Below are positions 40,996-52,661 of a DNA stretch of 64,000 bases, in pieces; positions within the stretch are counted from its first letter, which is position 1, and the number at the start of each line of letters is the position of its first letter. Source of the stretch: an uncultured Acidobacteriota bacterium (GTDB lineage: Bacteria > Acidobacteriota > Thermoanaerobaculia > UBA5066 > Gp7-AA6); assembly GCA_963739435.1 (NCBI GenBank), contig CAVUAN010000019.1, forward strand, positions 111,213-175,212, in the 5' to 3' direction. The translations under genes and the position numbers were made by a program. Under the pieces are notes generated by a model. The model saw only the letters and a list, made by a program, of their open reading frames with translations. It was not told the DNA's origin and did not search any database.

Positions 40996-42486
40996 TCAGC
41001 GTGCTTTCTTCGGGCAGGACTGCGTGAATCCGAGCTCGCACGCCCTCTTGTAAAACTCCGCGGCCCGGTGACGGTCGCGGGTGACGCCCTTTCCCTTTTC
41101 GTAGGCCATGCCGAGGTCGTGGCAGCCTTCGCCGTCGCCTCCCTGGCAGGCCTTGTCGAGAAACGAGGCGGCCGTCGCGAGGTTCGCTTCGACACCCGAG
41201 CCGCTCGTGTAGACGGCCGCGGCATTGAAGCAGCCGAAGGCGTCACCGCGCCCGCAGCCGAGCTCCGAGAGCTCTCGCCCCTTCGTGAGGTCCTTCTCGA
41301 TGCCGTCGCCCGCGAGGTACAACGCACCGAGGAGCGAGCAGGCCCGTGAACCGGCCTCATCGGCGTTGGTATCGAGGGGGTCCGGCTTCCGGTTGCAGGC
41401 CTCCTCGAAGATCGGAGCTGCCTTCGCCTCGTTCTTCTCGACGCCGAGCCCGTCACGGTAGGAGCGCCCGACGTTCAAACAGCCGTTGAGGTTGGAGGGC
41501 TGGCAGCTCGTGCCGGCGCACCCGCGCTGATAGAGCGCAAAAGCCCGCGCACCGTCCTTCTTGACCCCGCGCCCGTGCTCGTAGAGGAAGCCGAGGTTCG
41601 TGCAGGCCGTGGAGCTGCCCATCTCGCACGCCTCGCCGTACGCGGCGGCCGCGCGAACCGGGTCGCGCGCGGTGCCGCGGCCGTCGTCGGCCATCAACCC
41701 GACGTTGTAGCAGCCGAGCGCGTCGCCGAGGTCGCAGGCTTTCACGTAAAGAGAAGTGGCCCGGCGATCGTCCTTCTTGACGAGCTTTCCGGTCGCATAG
41801 AGAAACGCGAAATGCGCGCAGCCCGAGCCGCTGCCGAGGTCGCAGGCCCGCGTGAGGGCGGCGATGGCGTCATTTCCCCGGTCCGGCCGGTCCAGGAGAT
41901 GGAATCCCTCCTGTGCGCACGCCTCGGCCGAGCCGGCCCGGCAGGCGGACTCGAAGAGCTCCATCGCCCGGTCCCTGTCGGTCTCCCGGCCGCGGCTCCA
42001 GAGGCGCCACGCCTGGCGGAAGCAGCCCGCGGCGACGCCATCCTTGCAGCTCTTTTCAAAAAACGGGTCCTGGTCGATCGGGACGAGCGTCGCGTCGACA
42101 TTGGCTCCGGCGCGGCGAAGCGTGACGCGCACAGGCTGGCACGCCCGGCCGAAGGCGGCGTCGACGAACTCGCAATCGTTCGCGATGCGAGCCGGGCCGA
42201 TCTCCTCGATGACGTCGTTTGGCTTGATCCCCGCTGCCGCGCCCGGGCCCCCGGGGAGCACCTCGGCGACGACGGCGCCTCGGGCGTCGCCCGGCAGCGC
42301 GAGATTCGTTCGGAGCTGGCGCGAGATCGGGACAACCTCGATGCCGAGAGTTCCGCTGCAACGAGCCTGGGGTTCCGCCGCGCCCCCGGCAGAGGACGGC
42401 GGCGCGGACGGGCTCGATGCGCAGCCGGCCGTGAAGACCGCCGCAGAGAGCACCGCGGCCTGAAATCTGACGGGGACTCGCTTCAT
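40996..42486 (-). CDS. Lipoprotein with an N-terminal PDZ domain and multiple Sel1-like (SLR) repeats.
   Basis: Start MKRVPVRFQAAVLSAAVFTAGC (lipobox TAGC), preceded by GGGGAGG. The PDZ domain (LGIEVVPI...GAVVAEVLPGGPGAAAGIKPNDVIEEIG) is followed by at least 7 Cys/Gly-rich Sel1 repeats (ACDLGSGSGCAHFAFLYATGKLVKKD...). Confidence 0.75.
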   Translation of the reverse strand: MKRVPVRFQAAVLSAAVFTAGCASSPSAPPSSAGGAAEPQARCSGTLGIEVVPISRQLRTNLALPGDARGAVVAEVLPGGPGAAAGIKPNDVIEEIGPARIANDCEFVDAAFGRACQPVRVTLRRAGANVDATLVPIDQDPFFEKSCKDGVAAGCFRQAWRLWSRGRETDRDRAMELFESACRAGSAEACAQEGFHLLDRPDRGNDAIAALTRACDLGSGSGCAHFAFLYATGKLVKKDDRRATSLYVKACDLGDALGCYNVGLMADDGRGTARDPVRAAAAYGEACEMGSSTACTNLGFLYEHGRGVKKDGARAFALYQRGCAGTSCQPSNLNGCLNVGRSYRDGLGVEKNEAKAAPIFEEACNRKPDPLDTNADEAGSRACSLLGALYLAGDGIEKDLTKGRELSELGCGRGDAFGCFNAAAVYTSGSGVEANLATAASFLDKACQGGDGEGCHDLGMAYEKGKGVTRDRHRAAEFYKRACELGFTQSCPKKAR

Positions 42487-42542
42487 GCTGTTGGCCTCCC
42501 CTGGTCGGGCGATGCTATGCTTTTTGGACGAGGAGGTGTCCC

Positions 42543-43277
42543 ATGCGTTTTCGCTCACTTCTTCTCACGCTCGTCCTGGCTGCGACAGCGCTCGGCGTGG
42601 TCGCGGACGACAAGAAGACGTCCTGGAAGATGTCCGGCCAGCTCGAGGAGGCCTGTTCCTGTGACGCGGCGTGCCCGTGCTGGTTCGGCTCCAAGCCGAC
42701 CAAGATGAACTGCAGCGGAGGCTTCGCCATCTTCATCGATAGAGGGTCCTACGGCAAAGTGAACCTGGACGGCCTCGGCGCCGCCTTCATCGGGGCGAGC
42801 AAAGAGGGAATGACGATGATGGAATCGATGGGCGACTGGAACTTCATGACGATGTACATCGATGAGAAGGCCACCCCGGAACAGCGCAAGGCGCTCGAGG
42901 CCATCATGCGCGAGACCTCACCGCCCGCCGCGCCAGCCGAGAGGACTCACATCAAGTACGTCCCCGTCACACGCAAGATCGTGGGCAACGAGCACATTGT
43001 GACGATCGGAAGCTTCGGCGGCTTCTCCGCCCACTTGCTCCCGGGCGGGATGGGCGGCTCGGCCAAGATCGTCAATCCTCCGGGCGCCGATCCGATTCAC
43101 AAGGAGTATCAGCAGGGCAAGACAACCCGGCAGACCTACACCGACGCCGGGCAGAAGTGGGACTGGTCGAACAGCAACTACATGTACGGGACGTTTTCGA
43201 CCGACAGCGACGAATACTCGAAGTTCAGCGCCGCCATGGCCCAGGAGATGGAGAAGGCGAAGGCCCAGAAGAAATAG
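42543..43277 (+). CDS. DUF1326-family secreted protein.
   Basis: 244 aa. Signal MRFRSLLLTLVLAATALGVVA. Hallmark EEACSCDAACPCWFGSKPT cysteine motif. Confidence 0.65.
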   Translation: MRFRSLLLTLVLAATALGVVADDKKTSWKMSGQLEEACSCDAACPCWFGSKPTKMNCSGGFAIFIDRGSYGKVNLDGLGAAFIGASKEGMTMMESMGDWNFMTMYIDEKATPEQRKALEAIMRETSPPAAPAERTHIKYVPVTRKIVGNEHIVTIGSFGGFSAHLLPGGMGGSAKIVNPPGADPIHKEYQQGKTTRQTYTDAGQKWDWSNSNYMYGTFSTDSDEYSKFSAAMAQEMEKAKAQKK

Positions 43278-43292
43278 TGGGGGGCGAGCCCC

Positions 43293-43907
43293 TCAGCAGT
43301 TCTCGTACTTCCAGTTCCGGGTTTTTCCTTCCGCCAGCCACTCGACCGCGGTGACGAGGCGCTTCTGCCTCGTCTCGTCGCGCTTGGCCTCCGTGATCCA
43401 CTCGATGTATTCCTTGCGGGCGCTGGGGCTGAACTTCTCGAACGTGGCGGAGGCCGCCCTGTTCTTTTTCAGCGCGGCCGCCAGGTCTTCGGGCACGGCG
43501 GGCGGCGGTGCCGGCCGTCTGGCCGGCCTCGGCCGCGCGGGCTCATCCGACTCGTTCAGCTTCGCGGCTTTCCGGATGTAGCGCAGCATCGCGCGGTCCG
43601 AGGGCAGGTCCTCGAGGCTCGTGATCCGGCCGAGACTCCCCATCGCCGTGTCGGCTTTGCCCCCGTCGGGGCCGAGCTCGGCCTCCATCCCAACATGCCA
43701 GAAGCCGAACACGCAGTGCCCCTTGAAAGCTGTCATCCCGCACATGATCTTTCCGCGATACACGAACGTCGGCGAGCTCCACTTCAGCGTCTCCTCGGCT
43801 TCGGGACATCCCTCGTGCACCAGCTTCCGCAGGTGACGCAGGATCGGCTTCGCGAAATCGGCCGCCTTCGCAATGTGAGCGTCGACGCGCGGGTCGGTCT
43901 TCTTCAT
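43293..43907 (-). CDS. DUF1801 (YdhG-like) plus YdeI/OmpD-associated domain protein.
   Basis: Start MKKTDPRVDAHIAKAADFAKPILRHLRKLVHEGCPEAEETLKW (ATG 43907-43905). The start overlaps the stop of the upstream gene (gcaATGAag). The protein ends ...TAVEWLAEGKTRNWKYENC*. Confidence 0.6.
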   Translation of the reverse strand: MKKTDPRVDAHIAKAADFAKPILRHLRKLVHEGCPEAEETLKWSSPTFVYRGKIMCGMTAFKGHCVFGFWHVGMEAELGPDGGKADTAMGSLGRITSLEDLPSDRAMLRYIRKAAKLNESDEPARPRPARRPAPPPAVPEDLAAALKKNRAASATFEKFSPSARKEYIEWITEAKRDETRQKRLVTAVEWLAEGKTRNWKYENC

Positions 43908-44692
43908 TGCTTCTCCTGCGCCTTCTTCTTCGCGTCCTCGTAGGCCTTGCGCTGCTCGGGCGTCATGGTAGATACGCCGGAGCCGGATTCGACCTTCCGA
44001 TATCCCTTGGGAATCTCGAAAAGCGACCCGGGAAGGGACTTCTTTTCCAGGCTGACGAGCTCCATCTCCATTCCTCCTGTCGCTTCGTGGGCGGAGCGGA
44101 GTTTCACTCGAATCGGAAGGCCCTTGATGCCCGCTTCCTGGATCGTCTTCATCCAGCGGTCGGAGCCCTTCGGAGCCCGATACATCGCAGACCACCACGC
44201 GCTGGAGACGGGCAGGTCGGCGGCCACGCAGACTTCGATTTCAGCCCCCTTCGAGGCCCCCTTCGAGGAAGTCAGCAACGCCTTTTCGCAGGCGTATCCG
44301 GCCACGCTGTCCCGGCCGAGCCGCTTGATCGTCCAGGCGTCTTCGGCCTGCTTGCCCGACTGCTCGCGCAGCTTGGCAAGATCGATGACCCAGTACGTCT
44401 TCTGCTCGTCGCTGACCATGTAGAGAATGTCGGGTTCGGCGAGCTTCTGGATCATCGTCGCCTTGCCCGCCGACGGCGTTTTCGAGCCCCCCTTGTTCGG
44501 CCGCCCGCCGGCCGCCGCGTCCATTTGCATTTCCATGCGTAGCGCGCTGCGCGAGAACGAGATGCTGTACCGTCCGTCCGGCGTCGTCGAGCTATGGGTG
44601 GTCAACCTGAAGGTCGCGACGCCTTCGTTCTGCGCGAGAACGAACCCGGGCGCAAGGAACAAACAGGCGAACAGGAGCCGGCCGATCCTCAT
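43904..44692 (-). CDS. Hypothetical secreted protein (262 aa).
   Basis: Start MRIGRLLFACLFLAPGFVLAQ (ATG 44692-44690), preceded by AGGAGGAAAGC. Lys-rich C-terminus. The listed 889-aa ORF 43904-46573 is otherwise antisense junk to the P450 gene. Confidence 0.55.
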   Translation of the reverse strand: MRIGRLLFACLFLAPGFVLAQNEGVATFRLTTHSSTTPDGRYSISFSRSALRMEMQMDAAAGGRPNKGGSKTPSAGKATMIQKLAEPDILYMVSDEQKTYWVIDLAKLREQSGKQAEDAWTIKRLGRDSVAGYACEKALLTSSKGASKGAEIEVCVAADLPVSSAWWSAMYRAPKGSDRWMKTIQEAGIKGLPIRVKLRSAHEATGGMEMELVSLEKKSLPGSLFEIPKGYRKVESGSGVSTMTPEQRKAYEDAKKKAQEKQ

Positions 44693-44826
44693 GCTTTCCT
44701 CCTGGTCAGGCTGGACTCGAAGGGCGGCATTCTCACACAAGGAGGATCGCGGGCGGAGCGGACAAACAGCGTCCGAGCCGATAGAGTGGGCATCCAACAG
44801 CCCGGCTGGCAGTTGAAAGGAGATGT

Positions 44827-46153
44827 CATGGCGGACGCCCCGCTTCCACCCGGTGACACGGGTCTGCCTCTCCTCGGAGAGACCCTTTCGATGTTGAAGA
44901 ACGGCTTCGGGTTTGTCGAAGCCGGCGCCCGGAAACACGGGCCGATCTTCCAGACGAGCGTCTTCGGACGTAAGACCGCGGTCATCTCGGGGCCCAACGC
45001 CAGCGGCCTCTTCATCGACTCGAGCCGGGTGCAGCGCTCGGGCTCGATGCCGCCGCACATCGAGACCCTGTTTGCGGGCCGCAGCCTGCCCCTCCTGGAC
45101 GGCGACGAGCACCGCGACCGGAAGCGCCTCGTGATGGCGGCCTTCACCCGCGAAGCTCTGGCTTCTTATCTCCCCATCATGCAGAGGCTCGTGAGCGAGT
45201 CGATCGCGCAATGGTCCCAAAAGGCCGAAGTCCGCCTCCTCGACGAGTTCAAACGCCTCTCGATCGAGACGGTCGCCGTGACGATGCTCGGCCTCTCCCG
45301 CGGTCCAGCTCTCGACAGGGTGCTCGCCGACTACGGCCTGGTCATGGCTGGATTTGCGAACCTTCCGATACCTCTCCCGGGCACGGCATTCACCCGGTCC
45401 AAGCAGGCCCTCGCGAGAATCCTGGCGGTGTTCGAGAAATGCGTCCGGGAACATCAAGCGATCCCCCAGAACGACGGCCTGTCGCGCATTCTCACGGCGA
45501 GAACGGAGGGCGGCCGCGGCATCACGATCGAAGAGGCGAAGATGGAGCTTCACCACGCCATCGTTGCCGGGCTCATCGTCTGGGCCTGGTTCGTGACGGC
45601 CGTCCTCGAGCTCGGCAAGCGTCCGGATCTGCGCGACAAGCTGATGGGCGATATCCGGGCGCACGCTCCGGCGGGGCCGCTGACGCTCGAGTCGCTCGGG
45701 AAGATGCACGAGCTCCAGGCAATCTCCATGGAGATCCGCCGCTTGAGCCCGGTCATCTTCGTGCTCTTCGGCAAGGCCCGGGAGACATTCCAGTTCGAGG
45801 GATTCACGGTGCCCAAGGGCTGGCAGGTCCTCTGGGGAATTCGGTCCTCCCACATCCGGCCCGAGGTATACGCGGCACCCGAGGAGTTCGATCCCTCGAG
45901 GTTTTCTCCTCCGCGTGCCGAGCAGCAGAAGCACGAGCACGCGTTCGTCCCGAACGGGGCGGGGCCGACAACCGGCCACAAGTGCGCGGGCTGGGAATTC
46001 GCCCCGGTGTTCCTGCAGGTCTTCTTGATCGAGCTCTATCGGTCCTACGACGTCCAGATTGCCCAGCCACAGAATCTCGAGCTCGACTGGAGCCGCGTCC
46101 CGCCCGAACCCAAAGACGGCCTCCGCGCGAGCGTCCAGCGCCGATCGACCTGA
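44827..46153 (+). CDS. Cytochrome P450.
   Basis: Start MADAPLPPGDTGLPLLGE, preceded by AAAGGAG. Heme-binding loop FVPNGAGPTTGHKCAGWEFA (F-x-x-G-x-x-x-C-x-G). EIRRL resembles the E-x-x-R motif. Confidence 0.8.
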
Positions 46154-46165
46154 CCGGGAACCCCG

Positions 46166-46585
46166 ATGCTCCACGTGACGCCTTCGATCTCTATCGCCGA
46201 GCACGAGCTGGACGAGCGGTTCGTGCGCGCGTCGGGCCCCGGAGGCCAGAACGTCAACAAGGTCTCGACTGCCGTCGAGCTGCGCTTCGACGTCGCCGCG
46301 TCGACGCTTCCACCGGACGTGAAAACGCGGCTCCACGCCCTGGCGGGCCGAAGGATCTCGACGGATGGCGTGCTCCTGATCGACAGCCGCGAGCACCGCA
46401 CCCAGGCCCAGAATCGCTCCGCGGCAAGGGACCGTCTCGTGGCCCTGCTGCGGCAAGCTGCCGCGCGGCCGAAACCACGCAAGAAGACGCGGCCCTCGAA
46501 GGCCGCTTCCGAGCGGCGCCTCGTGGCCAAGGGCCAGCGCGCCCGAGTCAAGGCGCGGCGCGGCCGTGTCCATGGTGACGAGTAG
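46166..46585 (+). CDS. arfB: Alternative ribosome-rescue factor / peptidyl-tRNA hydrolase ArfB (YaeJ).
   Basis: 139 aa. GPGGQNVNKVSTAVELRF GGQ motif. Basic C-terminal tail RPKPRKKTRPSKAASERRLVAKGQRARVKARRGR. Confidence 0.85.
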   Translation: MLHVTPSISIAEHELDERFVRASGPGGQNVNKVSTAVELRFDVAASTLPPDVKTRLHALAGRRISTDGVLLIDSREHRTQAQNRSAARDRLVALLRQAAARPKPRKKTRPSKAASERRLVAKGQRARVKARRGRVHGDE

Positions 46586-46913
46586 TCGCCGCCCCGGCAG
46601 CCGCGATCGGATCTACTCGGTCGTGATCCACATCCCGCGCGGGCGCGTCGCGACTTACGGACAGGTGGCGCGGCTCGCCGGCCTCCCCGGCCAGGCGCGG
46701 CAGGTCGGCTACGCCTTGAGCGCCCTCGACGACGGCAGCCGGATTCCCTGGCACCGCGTCGTCAACGCCCGAGGCCAGATCAGCGCCCGCCGCGACGGCG
46801 GCCAGGCATCCGTCGTCCAGCGCCTTCTCCTCGCGCGTGAGCGCGTAAAGTTCGACGCCAGCGGCTGCATCCGCCTCGATCACTTTCGCTGGCGACCGCG
46901 GACGGGGCGCTAG
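46566..46913 (+). CDS. atl: Alkyltransferase-like protein (Atl): the MGMT/Ogt DNA-binding domain with Trp in place of the active-site Cys.
   Basis: 115 aa. RVATYGQVARLAGLPGQARQVG HTH. IPWHRVVNARG carries PWHRV instead of PCHRV. Overlaps arfB by 20 nt. Confidence 0.75.
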   Translation: MSMVTSSRRPGSRDRIYSVVIHIPRGRVATYGQVARLAGLPGQARQVGYALSALDDGSRIPWHRVVNARGQISARRDGGQASVVQRLLLARERVKFDASGCIRLDHFRWRPRTGR

Positions 46914-46935
46914 AATCGCGGATGGGCACACGGAG

Positions 46936-47766
46936 GTGAACACCATGAAAAAGCCGCACTTCGCCTTGATGGCGCTCGGGTTGGCTCTTGGCTCGCCCCT
47001 GCTCGGGGCCCAGCCCAAGGGCAAACCTCTCTCTGTCGAGCTTCAGTTCGTTCCCCAGGAAAACATCACGGCGGCAAACCCCCGGATGGATCCGGCCCTG
47101 ACATCGACGGGTATCACTCTCCTGCCGATTCAGGACGGCCGGGGCTCCGACGGAACCCTCGTCGGCGAGAACTTCGAGAATGAAGCAAACCCCATTGAGG
47201 TGCGGACCCAGTCCAACGTCGCCGAGTTCGTGAGCCGCACGCTACGGCAGAGCCTGATGGAGTGGCACGTCCGCCTGCAGGACAGCGGCGGCCTGGTTCT
47301 TTCCGGGGAAGTGCTCCGGCTTTTCGTGACCGAGCGAAACTTCTACGTCTCGGAGGCAAGCATCCGATTCCGGCTCCAGGACCAGGCCGGCCAGTTCCTC
47401 TGGGAGGGAACCGTCTCCGGACAGGCGAAAAGATGGGGCCGTTCGCTCAGCGCGGAGAACTACAACGAAGAGATCAGCGATTGCCTGAAGAAGGCCTACG
47501 CCGCACTAGTAAGCGACAAGGGTTTTCAGGCGGCGTGGGCAGGCCGACCGAAGACCGAGGTCGAAGGATCCTCGGTCACGGCCGCGGTCCTCAAGCAGAA
47601 GGTCATGAGCCTGATGAACGAAGAGATCGGTACAAGTGTGATCGTCGACTACGTCCGATCCCAGCGCGTCCAGCCGCCGATATCCGCGGAGGAGATCGTG
47701 GATTGGAAACGCTCGGGCGTGGCGGAACCAGTCATCGCCGCCGTCGTGCGCGGCACCTCTTCCTAG
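46936..47766 (+). CDS. Hypothetical secreted protein.
   Basis: 276 aa. Signal MNTMKKPHFALMALGLALGSPLLGAQ. No recognisable family. Confidence 0.45.
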   Translation: MNTMKKPHFALMALGLALGSPLLGAQPKGKPLSVELQFVPQENITAANPRMDPALTSTGITLLPIQDGRGSDGTLVGENFENEANPIEVRTQSNVAEFVSRTLRQSLMEWHVRLQDSGGLVLSGEVLRLFVTERNFYVSEASIRFRLQDQAGQFLWEGTVSGQAKRWGRSLSAENYNEEISDCLKKAYAALVSDKGFQAAWAGRPKTEVEGSSVTAAVLKQKVMSLMNEEIGTSVIVDYVRSQRVQPPISAEEIVDWKRSGVAEPVIAAVVRGTSS

Positions 47767-47768
47767 CT

Positions 47769-48378
47769 TTACCCGCCGTGCGGCGCCTTGGCGTGAGGCG
47801 CGGGCGCCTTCGCGTGAGGCGCCGGCGCAGCGGCGTGTGGAGCAGCCGTGTGCGGATGCGCTGCCTCCGAATGCGCTGTATGCGTGTGCGCGTGCGCCTC
47901 GGCCGTATGCGGGTGCGCTGCGTTCGGGTGCGGGTGCGCGGCGACGGCGTGGGGGTGTGCCGGCGCGACCACGACCAGATGGCGGCTCTCCCAGTAGGCG
48001 TGTCTCCCGTACCAGGGACGGCCGACGTAGTAAGCACCCCAGTAGGTCCCGAGCGCGAACGGAACGATGGGAAAACCGACGACCGGCCCGTTCTCGTAGA
48101 CCACGACGCGCCTGTCCTGGTACGGATACTCGAGGTAGGCGGCGGACACCCAGCCGCGATCGGGCCCCACGCTCACGTCGCACCAGCTCCAACCGTCGAC
48201 GCAACCGCCCACCTCGACAGGCAGCACCGGCTGGGATCTTCGTGACCAGGGGGTACTCTACGTTCGGTCCGGCGCGCATGTTGACTGTGCGGACCGTGTA
48301 GGCCGTCTGTGCCGACGCCGCAAAAGGAACGGCCAGGGCGAAACCGACTCCCAGGATGAACAGGCGTGCTCGGATCAT
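47769..48378 (-). pseudogene. Secreted bacterial SH3b-domain protein with a His-rich (AHPH-repeat) C-terminal tail. One frameshift.
   Basis: Start MIRARLFILGVGFALAVPFAASAQTAYTVRTVNMRAGPNVEYPLV (ATG 48378) lies in ORF 47506-48708. After an indel near 48220-48240 (ggggg run), ORF 47769-48227 follows: VEVGGCVDGWSWCDVSVGPDRGWVSAAYLEY...HPHAVAAHPHPNAAHPHTAEAHAHTHTAHSEAAHPHTAAPHAAAPAPHAKAPAPHAKAPHGG*. Confidence 0.55.
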
Positions 48379-48430
48379 ATTGCTCTCCCGGATTCTCACA
48401 GAATGGTACACCGCGATAGGCTTCGCCGCG

Positions 48431-49350
<920 letters not shown>

Positions 49351-49354
49351 AGCC

Positions 49355-50436
49355 ATGAAACTCCGCCAACCCGTTCAAGCTGCTCTGGGAACAGTTCCTC
49401 ATCGAGTGGCGGCTCTACGTGCGCGACCGCGGCGCCATGTTCTGGACCTTCCTGTTCCCTCTCCTGATGCTGTTCGCCTTCGGCGTGATCTTCCGCTCCG
49501 GCGGGCCGCCGGCTCTGACCCTGGTGCGCATCCCGCCGACGCAGGAGTCGGACCGCGATCGCGCGTTCGTCAAGGCGCTCGAGGAGTCGCACTTGACGAT
49601 CGTGACGCTACCCGCCGCGGAGGCTGAGGCGCGGTGGAGCAAGGGCGAAACGATCGCGCAACTCGAGAGCGTGGGCGATGGCTACCGCCTGCGGCTGAAC
49701 AGCTATCTCATCGCGCAGGGCCAGGTGGCGGCGCAGGCCGCGAGCCAGGCCTACCTCGTGGCGCAGGCGCGTCTCAACGGCTCGCCCGAGCCGGAGCGCA
49801 TCCCGGTTGCAGTCGAGAGCCCCGGCCACGCGCATTCCGCCAACTACGCCGCGTTCCTCGTGCCGGGCTTGATCGGCCTGAACCTGCTGACCATGGGACT
49901 CTTCTCGGTCGGCATGGTGACGGTCGCCTACCGCGAGAAGGGGAAGTTCCGACGCTTGGCCGTGACCCCGCTTCCCAAATGGGTCTTCCTGCTCGGCCAG
50001 ATCCTGCAGCGGGTCACGGTCGTCGTGCTGCAGACGATCGTGCTCCTCATCGCGGCGCGGTGGGGCTTCGGGATCTCGAACCAGGGCTCGAACCTGCTGT
50101 TTGCGGCCCTCGTCGTCTTCGGCACCGCGACCTTCATCGCCATGGGTTTCGCGCTCTCGAGCTTCGCCTCGACCATCGAGACCTATGCGCCGATCTCGAA
50201 CCTCGTCTTCTTTCCGATGATGCTGCTCTCGGGCGTCTACTTCCGGCTCGACAGCGCGCCGCAGTGGATGCAGAAGGCCGTCTTCATCCTGCCCCTCTCT
50301 CCCTACCTGCGGGTCCTGCGCGCCGTCTTCAACGACGGCGCCGGCGCTTGCCGGCCACGGCGCGGGCCTCGCCATCCTCGCCACCTGGGCCGTGCTGTGT
50401 TTCCTCCTGGCCGTGCGCCGCTTCCGCTGGACCTAG
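49355..50436 (+). pseudogene. ABC-2 family transporter permease. At least two frameshifts.
   Basis: ATG 49355 (MKLRQ) reads five codons, then a shift into NPFKLLWEQFLIEWRLYVRDRGAMFWTFLFPLLMLFAFG is needed. ORF 49419-50489 gives a six-TM body (...FLVPGLIGLNLLTMGLFSVG...). A shift near 50345 leads into the last helix ...AILATWAVLCFLLAVRRFRWT* (TAG 50434-50436). Confidence 0.6.
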
Positions 50437-50466
50437 AAACGTCGGTTCGGATTGGCGAGTCTCAAG

Positions 50467-52499
50467 CTACTTCGCTGACGCTTTCTTGATCAGGGCGAGG
50501 GCTGCGGGATTGGTCTTGTAGGCCTCGCTCCAGGCCTTGGCCTTCTGCGGGTCCAGGCGCGCCCCGGCCGCGATCAGCTCCTCGAGGCCGGGATTGCCGG
50601 ACACGATTCCCATTTCGAGGGCGTTCAATCCCGAGCCGTTGCGGTGGTCGAGTTTGGCGCCCGCCTTGAGCAGCAAACGCAGGGTCTGCCGGTCGCAGTT
50701 GCCCACGGCGAACATCAGCGCCGTGTTCTTGTTCTCGTCCTGCTGGTTCACGTCCGCGCCGCGCTCGATGAAGAGCTGGACGATGGCTCGCCCCTCGTCG
50801 CCCTGGGCGCAGGCTGCTCGGCTGAAAAACAGGATCATCAGCGGCGAGCGGCGATTGGAGGAAGCGAACGCCATGTTCGGGGACATCCCGCCATCGAGAT
50901 ACGCGCGGATAGCCTCCCCATCGGCCTCCGAGAGCGCGCGATAAAAGCCGGGCTCGTCGAACTCGAGCTTGCGCTCGCGCAGCACGGCCAGCCCGCTCGC
51001 CTCGCGGCCGGTCGTCGCCGATGATCCGGACGCCGCCGAGGCCGGGGACGACGCGGACGATCCGGATGCAGGAGACGCCTTCGAGCCTGCGGCGGCGGGC
51101 GGTGCCGGAGCGGCGGTGCCGCCCGCAGCAATCGACCCCGGGCTGCCCGCGCCGCCGCGATCGATCCACTCGATGGCCGTCCGGGCGTCTTCCGCCAGGT
51201 CCTTCTCGGGCGATTTGGTCAGCGGGCGAATTGTCTCGACAATCGCCTTGGCCTGCCCCTGGCGGTTGCGCAGGCACAGCAGCGCCCGCTGTCGGGCGGC
51301 CATGTCGGCGCCCGAGACGGCAACATCCGCCAGCGTCGCCACGATCTCGGGGCTGTCGAGGTAGAGCTTGTTGTAGGCGCCAACTGCCTCGACAGAAAGG
51401 TCGTGATCCTTGTCCTTCATGGCGCTCACCAGCGTGCCCTTGGCGGTCGCGGCGACGGAGACTTTGGCCGCTTTCGGGATTGGGTTCGAGGCGTCCCCAA
51501 TCTCTTCGAGCGCGCTGGCTGCCCGCTTGCGGACGCTCTTATCGGGGTCCTTTGCGAGAAGCCGCGTCAGCTCGGGCGCCGCCTCGTAGGCCAGCCCCTT
51601 CACTCCCCCCAGTGCCGAGCATGCTTCCAGGCGGACGCTTTCGTCGGGATCGCCGAGCAGGCGGATCGCCTCCGGGATCCAGCGGGCGGCCTCGCGCTCC
51701 GAGGTCACCTTGGCCGCAAGGCTGATGGCCGCGTAGCGTGTCTCGGCCAGCGACGAGTGCGTGTGCTTGAGGGCCAGGTCGACTGTCCCCGGCGGCAGAG
51801 GCTTGACCCTGGCGAGCGCTCCGAAGACATATCGCCCGGACTCGGGCGTCCGGGCAACCGTGCGGTCGAGCAGGGGAAGAACCGGCGCCGCGCCTTCCTG
51901 GAGAAGCGCGGAAAGCGCCTTCTCCGCCGCCTCCGCGCTGTTCCTGGCATCCGAGCTCGACCGCCCGCGCCCCGGCCGGGCCGCGTCCTCCGCGTTCTTG
52001 GACAGCCAGGTGAGGATGAGCGGCGCCAGCTTCTCCGGAGGGTCGAATCCAATCAGGCCGCGAGCCGCCAGAAAGGCCGTAGCGTCGTCACGCGATCCGT
52101 CGAGCGCCCGCCGCCACGCCTCCGTGAGCTCCTTTTCCGGCACACCCATGGCCGCCAGCGCCCCCGCGGCGCGCGCCACGACGGTCGCGTCGGAATCAGT
52201 CAGCGTCTTCTGGAGCTCCGGTCTTGCCGCAGCCGCGCCTTTGCCCGTCTTCCACAACGCCGAGGCGGCGGCGCGGCGGACCGATGCGTCCGAATCCGAC
52301 AGCGCCTTAGCCAGCGCCGCCACGGCCTCCGGGTTCTGCCGTCCGCCGAGAGAGTCGGCCGCCGAGACGCGCTCGAGGGCGTCCCGGTCCTTTGCCAGGG
52401 TCTTCGCGTAGTCTCGAATGAGCTTTTCTTCGTCGGTCTGGGCATACCCGGCGCAGGTCTGGATCGCCAGCAGGACGCAGATCACCAGAGAACGTCTGA
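50467..52499 (-). CDS. Secreted HEAT/PBS-lyase-like repeat protein with C-terminal ankyrin repeats.
   Basis: Start MVRRSLVICVLLAIQTCAGYAQ (ATG 52499), preceded by AGGAAGGAGCG. Many ...SVRRAAASALWK.../...SVRKRAASALEEIG... HEAT-like units. A Ser/Ala-rich linker precedes ANK-like repeats (GADVNQQDENKNTALMFAV..., GAKLDHRNGSGLNALEMGI...). Confidence 0.65.
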
Positions 52500-52661
52500 C
52501 CATGGCCACGCTCCTTCCTGTCTTCAGGTTATCGCGGCGGCAACGCCCCGAACAAAAATCACCCTCATCATGCAGCGTCGCCATCCGTCCCCCGACTCAT
52601 CCCATTTTCATTCTGTCACCGCCATTCTCGCGACAAAGGTTTCAGGCTATCCTCCTGGCAA

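Noticed and set aside
43904-46573. 889-aa minus-strand ORF.
   Set aside because: Only the last 262 codons (44692-43904) encode a plausible secreted protein with a strong RBS. Upstream it runs antisense through the P450 and arfB genes.
47790-47960. Tandem repeats of the type GCGTGAGGCGC / GTGCGGGTGCG, which could be mistaken for a CRISPR or VNTR array.
   Set aside because: On the minus strand these encode the His-rich AHPH/APHAK C-terminal tail of the SH3b protein. Repeat units are irregular in length with no spacer-repeat periodicity. No cas genes are present.
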